From assembly GCF_009914755.1 (NCBI RefSeq), contig NC_060926.1: a stretch of DNA of 64,000 bases, one strand, 5' to 3'. This document shows positions 53,441 to 64,000 of this stretch, piece after piece (within the stretch, counting starts at the first letter, position 1; every line of letters starts with the position of its first letter). The translations under genes were made by a program, and so were the position numbers. The stretch is from the human T2T-CHM13v2.0 reference genome, Homo sapiens. The notes beneath the pieces are model-generated. The model was not told where the DNA came from. It ran no database searches and saw only the letters and a list, made by a program, of their open reading frames with translations.

Positions 53441-54453
53441 CCTGCGCATTTTTTTAAATGGCCAAATTTTGTAAAGTTTATTTCTTAAATGGATGGGGCA
53501 AGAATGATTCTGAATGGGATTAAAACCCCTCTTTAGGTATGGTATGCATTGTATATTTCGGATTATCTAAAAATTCTGTCCTAGGGCATGACAAATTAAT
53601 AAGTACCCATTTAAGCATGTGATGTTCATATAGCTCCTTAGCTACTAGGTGTTTTCTGCACAGAAACAATTTGACAGGGTCTACTCATCTCTGTGATCAC
53701 ACTTGCTTTTTCTTTTTATTATTTAAAGATATATTTTTAAGGAAATAAGGAAAATGGCCAGGAACAAATGACCGAGAATAATGTCTTCTTTTCCAGCAGC
53801 AAATCTCTGCTGAAACATGGAGTCTCTATTGTCAGGTGTGTGTTGCTGTGGAGGGTCAGCACGTTTGTGTTTACCTGACCCCTCTCTTGACTCTCAATCT
53901 ATTCACTAACCCATGCTACCTTCTTTTCAGGATCTACCAGAACAAATTCTTGATTTCAGTGTATATACATTTTACATTTTTTAGAAAAATATGGTGGTGG
54001 AAAGCAAGAATTATTAAAGTTTAAGAGCTCCTGCACCACAGAGGCAACAAGGGAAGAGCATTGTTATTTTGAAACATGATTTAATATAGGCAGGAGAGAC
54101 AGAGAGAGATAAGGACTGCCCCCAGGCGATAATAATATTAGAGCTTAGAGACCCAATGGTGGTGATTCATTCAACAAACACATACTTACCAGGCAACTTC
54201 TATGTTCCAGAGCTAGCCTACTGCTGGTACCGCATGCCACCATATCTCTAGGGAACAAGGGAGTGGTCACGCGATTATACAACATTAATTTTCATAGACC
54301 CAGTGAGTTTGAGTTTTGGAAGGACTATTGCAGACCACTAGGTCTAATTCTTTTACATTAGGAAAATAAAGATCCAGGTTTTAAGCCAATTCTAGAAATC
54401 AAGTCTACTTTTTCTTTGCTATGTGATCTTTTCCTTATGCACCTACACCCATA

Positions 54454-54454
<1 letters not shown>

Positions 54455-54485
<31 letters not shown>
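54455..54485 (+). repeat. (AC)15 microsatellite
   Basis: Direct reading. Confidence 0.95.
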
Positions 54486-54487
<2 letters not shown>

Positions 54488-55549
54488 TATAAGCATCCAG
54501 GGTGAGTAAAAAGACAAGAAGAAAGGAATCTCAGGTAACTGTGCAGGATGGCAAAGGTAATATGTCTGGGTCACAGAAGTTGTGGGAAAAAAGAAAGATA
54601 GACTGCCTATATTTTTCATGATGCTTATTTTTAATACTTTCAAAAACAGTGCCTTGGTTTTATATTAGTTGGACACTAAAATTAAAAACAAACTTCTACG
54701 TGTCCAAACTTTCTAAAATAAGTTCTCTGTGGTATCCTAATAAGACAAAGTTTAGATTTTCTATTAAATTCTTTGAAGTTAAACATGAGCCCAGCTTAAG
54801 TCATTTGGTATGAGAAAGAAGTACAGAGTACACCTGAAAAAACTTGTGTTTCAAAGTAACAAACAAATTAGCTTTTTTTGAATAGTACTTAGATGTTTAT
54901 TTTAACTGTCTACAAGATTTGCCAAAAGGGAAACCATACTTTTGATACTGTTTAAGTTCAGAACAAGTTGGAGTGTACGGAATATATTGCTCATTTGTAT
55001 GCTTTTGAAAATGGTTTTCTCTTCCAGCCATTTCATATCCAGATGTTCTGATTGTTCCAACCCACAAGCCATGTAGATTATTCCTGTTTTTCTTTGTATC
55101 ATGTAAATATTTTGTCATACATTAAAATTATGGGAAATCATGGTATTTTTATGATTTCAAACTTGGAATCTGCAGGCCTGAGAATGGCATTAAATCTAGC
55201 TGTGTTCTCTTTCACAGACACAACCAAATGTCATCATTAAGATTAAAAAAGCCGGGATTCCTATGCACTGTCCACCGGCTCTGTTACTTTTGATGGACTT
55301 TACTGGAGAAAGAGCTGACAGAACATTTTCAAGATGGACAACTATATTTTAGGCAGATATTTCCCTGTTTTCCAGACTTCTTTTTTAACTTAATGAAACT
55401 TGATATGTATCAGAATGCTATTATAATGGATTTGCTATAATTTGCTATTACTATAGCTATGAAAATTATGTATTCATAGACAATCATTTTTAAATCAAAA
55501 TGTTGTATTTGCACTTTTCAAAAATGTTATTCTCCTGCCATAGCTAACA

Positions 55550-55752
55550 CGACGCCCCTGGAGAAAGCTCTGGTGGCCTGGGGCCCACGCCTTCCATTGG
55601 GCTGGCGTCAGTCAAGTGATGGGAGCCGCACCGCCCTCCCCTTTCGGTGAGGCAGCGCCCCCTGGTGGACTGACACGGGCAGTTTTGGACGTGAGCGTTG
55701 TGAAAGAAGGAAGTGATTTCCTACCCTGCGCTCGGTAGACACGTTTAAATCG
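55550..55752. promoter_or_regulatory. Small CpG-rich regulatory element
   Basis: 15 CpGs in ~200 bp of non-repeat DNA; CCAAT (attgg 55596-55600), CGTCA, GC-box ccgccctccc 55631-55640, ETS aggaagtg 55708-55715. Confidence 0.7.
55653..55671 (-). promoter_or_regulatory. CTCF binding site
   Basis: Minus strand AGTCCACCAGGGGGCGCTG contains the exact core consensus CCACCAGGGGGCGC (55655-55668). Confidence 0.85.
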
Positions 55753-56139
55753 CCTCACATTCATACTTATCTCTGTAGATGCAAATTATACAACAGGACC
55801 AGATAGGAATTCTCCTAAATCTGACATTTTTGGTCTCCAAAATGAAAACTACAGACTATTAATGGAAATTCTATGCAATGTAATGTATTGGCTCATTGGC
55901 ATGAAAAACCAGCAAACTCTGTGGGGCTTTTCGACACAGAGATTGAGGGAGGAGGAAGAGAGATCACCCTAAAGTTCTTCCAGTTGCACAGAACCGCCCC
56001 CGAGGCACCGCTGCACCGGCTCTTTGGTTCAGAGACCCTACATCACATCCCACTGATGGAGTGATAGAATTCAGCTCTTCATCATCATCCGCCAGGAAAG
56101 GGGACTGTGTGATATTTTTACAGGCCAATTCCATTTGCA

Positions 56140-56245
56140 GACTATAAAATGGTGTAGGAATTTCTCCTTTACCTGGCCTAGTCTATAGGTGAAAACACCA
56201 AGGCCCAGACAGGATATGAGGCATTCCCTGAGGTCACACAGTAAG
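56140..56245 (-). mobile_element. MIR
   Basis: ataggtgaaaacaccaaggcccagacagg...ccctgaggtcacacagtaag. Confidence 0.55.
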
Positions 56246-56450
56246 ATAGAGCGTGGACGAAGTGTTTGCACCCCTGAAATGATAACACCTGGGTTCCCTG
56301 CTGGATCTATCCTGGTTTTATTTTCTTTTTAAAAAATTCGCGTAAGTTCCTCTGAGGATCTACAACCCGCATTTTTTTATTTATCTCTGTGAAGGATGCT
56401 GCAGAATCCGCGTCCTCCACGACAGAGAAGAGAATGTGCCGTGGCTTTAG

Positions 56451-56880
<430 letters not shown>

Positions 56881-58468
56881 AAAGATGGCCTTTTCTAGAC
56901 ACAAGATCGGGGCACAGAAGGTACCAGCAGAGCACTAGGAACCCAAAGGGCCCTGTGAAATTTGAAGGCCACTTCAGCCCCAGCACCTGAAGCGAAGCCG
57001 TCAGGCACTGTCAGGAGGCGTCTCGCTGGGGCAAGAGGGAGCTTGCTCTTAGGCAGAGGGCGTCTTTGTGACTTGAACCACCTGAGAAAGGATTAAAAGG
57101 GAGAGTCCAAAAGCTTCAGGAGGAATGTGGAGGGATCCTCCTCCCCAAAGAAACAATCAACTGAATTCTAAGAAACCCTGGGGCTAGGATTTGAGAGAGG
57201 GAAAGAGCCTGGTCTATCACTTATCGTGAAATGTGTTTCAAGTTAGTTTGCTTTAACTCTGCTAAGCTTTGGACAGTTTTTATTTTACTGCAAGAGAAAA
57301 AGTAAAGAGTACAACCAGAAGTTTGTGCTAAGGGAAGCATGCACTTTGTTATAGAGTCTATATTCCATGTTCTCAAAAAAGTTATGTGTCTGAAATGCAA
57401 TGGTATATTTCCTTTAAAAACTGAATGTGGGATACAGCAAGCAGGATTCAATTGAATAGGATGCTGAAGATTTTCTTTAAATCTGTAATTTTATTATATT
57501 CTTTGACAAAGTATCTTCTTGTTAATATGAACATATGAGAATGTGGTAGTGTTCAAGGAATAGGTGTTTGACAGCATTTTTAATTAAGAGCTCAGAGAAG
57601 TAATGGAAGACATCACTAAAAGTACTTTTGAGGAAATTAAATATCTGGATTATTTCAAAATATTACTTAGGAGCATTTCATGAAGGAATATAATGAAAGT
57701 GGGAAGGAAAAGAGCAGAAACAAAAGAGGCCTACATTAAAGATTTTGCAGTGCTCAAACCAGGCCCTCTATGCAGGAGACTCTTGAAGCCCTGAGGAGGC
57801 TTTGAAGAGGGAGCTCTGGGCATCCACTGCACCCGTCCTGGGATGGGAATCAGAACTGCCCAGTAAACGCATTAAGCACACCTGCCCTTCTTCAGTTGGT
57901 ACAGTGATTGGTGCCCTATTTAACTTTTCCTTTTCCCTCACAGGTCTTCTGGAGACTTCTGAGCAACCTGCTATACGTGTCCTGTCGTTGGTGATGTTTC
58001 CATGTCTCTGTGTGATCTGCAAACCCCTCTGCTAAAAAAGAATTCCGATTCGCATTCTTACCACTGGGGCTGCACCTGCTCCACCTGTCTTTACCTTGCG
58101 CACACACTGTTTGGGGAAGATGCTTTTTCTGATACTTTCTGAATGGAAAGGCATCATAAGAAGGACATATTTGTGAAGTGCTTGAAAGTCCTCTCATACT
58201 TTCCAACGCAGAAGGACTAAAGTCTTTGTCAAAGTTAAGGTAAAATACATCACAGTCACTGGATCCCAGGCTGCGTAAAATCTGCCATTGTCTCACGAGA
58301 AAATATGCAGCCCTCCATACCAGCCCAGCAAAGAGTTTTTAAAGAGATCATTCTGCTTACTAAGCTTGATCTACAGTGCCAGAGTATAGGGCTACATTTT
58401 TTTTTTTTTTTTTTTGCCCTTCATGAAAGACCTCAGATTAACGTTTAACTAAAAATTTATTACTAAAG

Positions 58469-58655
58469 CTCTCTTTTCCTTTCCTTTCCTTTTCTGTTTC
58501 TCTGTCTCTCCTTTTCTTTCTTTCTTGGGTGAAAAGCATAGGGACAACTAGCTAAGGCTGTGAAATTCAAATCTATCCCTCTTTCTTTCTTTCTTTCTCC
58601 TTCCTTCCTTCCTTCCTTTTTTCCTTTTCTGTTTTTTTTTCTGTCTCTCTTTCTA
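58469..58655 (+). repeat. CT-rich (TTTC/TTCC)n low-complexity tract
   Basis: Direct reading. Confidence 0.85.
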
Positions 58656-59499
58656 TGGAATTCTAATCTGTCTCTCTCAACATGTGGCCAGCTTGCACAT
58701 ATGACACAGTAGAGACCGTCTGACAAGGGTCCTGTGCTGGTGACACTCAGGTTACATTAATGAGGGAGACACACACCGTGCGTCACAAAATGTTATACAA
58801 TGAGAATCATGAGAATCAAAGAAATCATGCCGGAAGGCATTTGCCTTCTCAGAATGAGACATGAAGGTTCTGCTGAAAGTTGGTTCTCTCAGGCCCCTGG
58901 AGAGCTGGACACAGCAGCATTCCGAGAAGTGCAGGGACTGAGGCAGGGCCCTCAAGGATGTCCTGGGAGGACCAGGAGGGAAGAGAAAGGAAGGACCACC
59001 AGTGGGAGTGGGCAGACGACAAGGGAAAGGAGACATACGGGGAAGAAGGAGAAGGCAAAGGAGGCACAGAAAGAAAATGTAAAGCGATCGTGAATTGAAC
59101 GTATAAGGATTTAGGCCTTCTGGTTCTGAAACAATTTAATAGAGGTCAGTTGCCCTCCCAGAACCTGTCATCTATCACTGATGAAAATGTGAACCAGGCC
59201 AGCTTAAACCCAGATCAGTACTGTGGTCTCCAAGCAACACCACAGGCCTTACCACCTGGACCCTTAGAGATAAAGTTCCTCTGAGTCTCCATCCATCTCC
59301 AGCCATCACAGGGCCCAGAGCCCTTCATGAGGCCAGCGCGAGACAGGTCATCCATCATTCCTGGCCAATGTATGGGTGTGCAGATGCTCCGGTGTGAAAG
59401 GACCTGGCTACCTTCCTTCGATTATTTTACTCTGAAGATCTCCAACGGAGCGACTGTGTAGCTTTTCCTTATGCCATTTCCCCATTCTTCGGGTGTTAA

Positions 59500-59660
59500 A
59501 ATAATACAATATGATAATATTATAACATAATAAGACATGATCATCTGTAATATAATGGCATAAGTAATATAAATAAAGGTAAAATACTATATTATCATAG
59601 TATGTAATATAAATAGACTATAATATAACACGATGTAATGTAATTTATCATAATAAAATA
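59500..59660. repeat. AT-rich (ATAAT-like) low-complexity tract
   Basis: Direct reading. Confidence 0.75.
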
Positions 59661-60491
59661 GTGAGAGCAGCACAAAACTCTCTCTTAGTACATACTGATC
59701 TTGTTGATCGCTAACCAAAGGGCCACTGGGCAACGGGTGCCCATAGCTCCTACACTCTCAACATGGTTCAGACCTGGGATCTAGATGATGGAACACTTAC
59801 GGCATTGGTAATGCTAGTGTTCATTAGAATGACTGCTGTGGGGGTTAGGATTACTATGACACAGTGCCAAGCTCAGTAGGAAGAATTTTAAGACTCTGGG
59901 AATTCAAATGTCGGCTCACATGGTAGCCTGAAGAACATATATTTGGAATCCTTCCAATTCTCATTCTGTCCACAGAACCATGCTTGGAGCCCATCTGCGT
60001 GTGCCAGGCAGGCCCCTTTTGATCCACTGCCACTGAGCTTGTCACCGTGGAGCTGGGAGGAATGTTGATGAGCGGGACCTCTCTGCTTGCTGGATAGCCA
60101 ACTTTGATGGTAAGCAGGCTGCAGAGGCCTTTCTCCTTCTCCTTGACCCAGCAGGTGCATGCTGTGTGGGCTGGGCATGGGGCCTGCTTTGCTGTGTTGG
60201 GACAGGGACCCAGGAATTGGCTGTAGCAAGGTCATCAGGCAGAGCCCCCACCCAAGGCAGAGCGCTATTCTAAAACATCTCCAATGCAAAGGCTTTCTTT
60301 GCCTCTTAAAACCTTAATGATGGCCAATTCATGAATTCACAAAGAAGTTCACTTTTTTATATAAAATTCTAAATTTTGGGAAACTTTTCCTTGTGGTCAA
60401 CCAACATTTGCCTCTGTATACCTCGTGCCCAGAGCTGTAGGCTATGCAAGGTTAGCTTTCTAAATTATAGTCCTTCAAATATTTGTAAACA

Positions 60492-60645
60492 CCTGAGCGA
60501 GGTGGCTCATGCCTATAATCCCAGCACTTTGGGAGTCCGGGGAAGGAGGATCACTGGAGGCCAGGAGTTCAAAACCAGCCTAGTCAACATAACGAGACTC
60601 CATCTCTATTTTTTGTAATTAAAAAGAAATTTAAAAAGAAAGAAA
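60492..60645 (+). mobile_element. FLAM / Alu left monomer
   Basis: ggtggctcatgcctataatcccagcactttggga...ccaggagttcaaaaccagcc...catctct followed by an A-rich tail. Confidence 0.85.
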
Positions 60646-60889
60646 AATATTTTGGGAACGATGTAGATCAAATTCACTGTGCATGTGGCCTCCCTCAAAA
60701 GTTTATACATATCACAGAGACACACAGGGCCATGTCTCCAGCCAGTCCATCCCAGCCCAGGGTAGAAAGGGCTCTCCCAGCCTTCTGCTGGATGTGGACT
60801 TTCTATGCTGCACCAGACACGAGTTGATGATCACTGGGAGAAAGTTGTTGCCTCGACTTTCTTCTAGAAAGGGCAGCCGCAGTGCCATA

Positions 60890-60972
60890 TACACATGTGC
60901 ACACACCTTCATGGAGGCACAGACACACCACACACATGCCTACACACCTGCACACATACACACTCACACACA

Positions 60973-61006
<34 letters not shown>
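60890..61006 (+). repeat. CA-rich tract ending in (AC)16
   Basis: Direct reading. Confidence 0.95.
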
Positions 61007-61009
<3 letters not shown>

Positions 61010-64000
61010 CTTCTATCACCATGTTAGAAATCTCACTATTCCCATTTCTTAGGGCTGAATACGAAATTAGAGAGTGTTGTCTCCTGAACACTAGTTGAAA
61101 TGTGCATGTTATTAGAGTGGCAAGGAGTCTCTTAAAAATAAAAAACAAACAAAAACAACAACAACAAACTCCCTTTCTAAAATCTAACCGTCCACCATCT
61201 TGCTGGTTTATAATTCTAGAATCTAAGGGTTCCCATCTATCAACTCAAAAGCTTTCTGTTGACCAAAATCCCAAGGGAAAAAGGTATACAATAGAAATAG
61301 TATGGATTAAGACAAGGTAGTGATTAATAAAAAGAAACATAATGAAAAAAACACCGGTTTTGCCAATGATTTACATTGTAAACCTCAAAAGCCACTTATT
61401 TCTCAGAGCCTCAGTTTCCTCTTAATGAAATCAGAGTATTTAACCCAATGAAGCTGACACTTCCTTCAAGTGCTTCAATGCTCAGTGATTATTATAGCCT
61501 ATAGTTCAGTGGGGGGAGGTGAAGAATCACAAAAGAAAAAAAGTAACTATGTATTAATACAAGTGCTTAAAAAATACTTGCTGGTTAAATAAATAAAGAA
61601 GAACATGATATACTTCAAAGTATTTTTGCAAATGAACCTTCCTTTAATTATAAGCTGAAGTAATCCAAGTACTCCTGTGAAGAATTGTATGCATGCCTAA
61701 AATGCTATTCTTTTAGTACTAATTGCCAGTTGTTTAATCACTTTTAAGATTTTCTTTTATGTGTCGGTCATATTTTTATAAATGCCCTCTGTGACAGAAA
61801 ACTGTCATCCCATGTGGATTTGATTGCGCTGTAAGGAAAAACCATTCAAAGAGAGATAATGGAGGTAAGTTACTCTTTTCTTACTTGACTCCCGCTCGTT
61901 AACTGAGTCTGAACCAGAATTTTTAAAGTTGTTTATAGCAGTGAGGGCAGAGTTGAAATGAGCCATGTACTCCTTGCTGAAGCCCTCAAATGCCCCGGAG
62001 CTTAATCTCTCACCCCTGAGAGGCTAAAAACATGTCTGCGAAATGGAACTGGAGATCATGCATTTTAACCAGCATTTTAATAACTTTATTGCTCATATTA
62101 AGAAAAACTCCATTGATATGCAGATTGTGTCAATACTTCTTTTGCTAAAAGTTGTGAACACTTTGGCAATCACAAATGAAAGCATTAAGACAGAGAAGAT
62201 GTGAAGCAGGAACTCTCCTGATTATATGTCATTCTATTTCTAACATCTGTAAGTATCTTACATACTGAGCATTATGAATGCCTTTGAAGGCTCTGCAAAT
62301 AATTTTCCAAACTCCATGAGAAGGGAGAGTGTCAGGGAGAGGGTTTGAGGCTGGAGTCCGGAGCTTCTGCCTGTCTCTGACAGTAGTACACCTTATTAAC
62401 ACATATGGGCCAAACAACAAATTATTTAACTTACGGTTAAAAAGCATAAGAGACTACTTTACAAAAAACAATGTATGTAGTAGTTAATAAAACTTCAAAT
62501 AATGTTTACCGCATACTGTTGTGGAATAGCTATTCAGATCAAGTTAAAAATTGAAATACAAAAACAAACCAGAGAGAGAAAGAGAGAGAGAGACAGGAAA
62601 AACCCATCCATTGAATCTCCAGCATTCCTGCATGGAGTTTAGTAAGGAAAGAGCACATGTCGCAAAGCAAAGACATTGCAGTTCCAACAACAAAAGTGAA
62701 ACATCTTATTTACAAAAGACCCCTTTCCGGCTGTTGTGAGTGAACCTGTGTTTGTGAGAAGCAGCGAAGAAGCTCTAAAGCCCACACTTTTCTCCCCTTA
62801 AACGGTCATCACAGCATCGAAGTTCCAAAAGGGGACACCTATTACAGGCCTCTAATGATTATTTTTTTAAGTGCACTTTACACGTCCTCCCACAGCCCTA
62901 GTGCTGCGCTGGAAAGATGATCCCTTTCCTGCCTGTCAGCCACAGGTACAGAATGCCCCTTGTCCAGACCCAGGAGAAACAACAGGAGCTGTTGAACTCT
63001 TTGCCTTGAGTCTTCCCTGAGAGAATGCGCCAGGCTTTGTCTTCCTTGGGACAAAGCTCCTCTCTCCCAGGGGGCCGGGGTGCCACCAAACCATGGCATG
63101 GATTTAGACTCCATGGGATTGGAGTTCATTCAGAAAATTGGTTTTAGGAGCCTTATCTAACATTTCCAAGCAAGAACCCCAAAGGTCATCCTGCCCTTCT
63201 GTAGGGAGCCCAAGTTGTAGAAACAATCCCAGAGGAGAAACATGTTTTCTAACTTCTGTGACTGCATTGTGGGAGGCACTGCTCACTGTACACCCGGCAC
63301 ATGAGGGTAATTAGGTGATCCTCTTACTTGTAACCCAAAGAAGAGAGTGAATTAATGAATAATACATACACAGAGTTCCTTTCGTCTTAAATGTGTTTTT
63401 ACAAAGAGGATAGTACTTACACAGATTTAAAGAAACTACCTATGGGATTTTAAAGATAAGTAAAGTTGTGTATTACTTCCCAAATGTGGGAAAATTTGGA
63501 TGGAATTAAGACCTCAAAACTATTGGTGCAATGCAATGTGTCACCTCTCAGTAGAAGAAAAATGTGACTAGAAATAAGAAAGACAGAAGGCTTTCTCATG
63601 TAGTAATTTTTTAAAAGTACATTTTCTTTAGTATCCTTACAAGATTCCTAACTTTTTAAGACCATATTCTTTCTTCAGGTATTCATCTTGCAGATATTTG
63701 CATGTTTTAACATAGGTATCTCCACCTATTAAAATAATAGGATGTATTTTTTCTTAAGCTTTGCTGTGATTAAATGCAAGAGTCACCTATTTTAAATCAG
63801 GTTTAAAAACCAAGAGTAGGTGTCCTCAGAAATCACAAATTCTGGGGTATAATGAAATTGAAGTTGTAACATTGCCTCCTAAAAGTTGTTTCTGAAAAAG
63901 GCGGAACTTCCAAAGCATTTCTCCTGCAAATGTTTTCTATCATAGGCCTTTCTTTGAGGAGTAAAGGAAGTATTCTCACCCATGCCTCTGGAAATGAAAG

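Overview
Primate, very probably human, non-coding genomic DNA (intergenic or deep intronic). I cannot assign the locus. I find no credible protein-coding gene, RNA gene or CRISPR array: the supplied ORFs are short and are either spurious or derived from Alus, microsatellites or transposons. The window contains about 14 Alu/FLAM copies (one very young Ya-lineage AluY), 11 LTR elements (THE1B, MST, MLT1, MLT2, LTR1-like, LTR18A), hAT DNA-transposon fossils (MER30, Charlie4a, MER58A, MER3, MER20, Charlie1a), L1M/L2/MIR remnants and microsatellites. The most notable items are: a perfect CTCF site in a small CpG-rich patch (~55.6 kb); an Alu carrying a fold-back inverted copy of its own right arm (~41.2 kb); a head-to-head Alu pair with a templated-insertion scar (~21.3 kb); an old local multi-block duplication (31.8-37.2 kb); a 17-bp-period array with an invariant 12-bp core (~31.1 kb); an LTR18A with two AP-1 sites; several motif-dense candidate enhancers; and a few strong candidate non-coding exons. 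I see no convincing new multi-gene system. Repeat family names come from recalled consensus sequences, and percent identities are estimates by eye.
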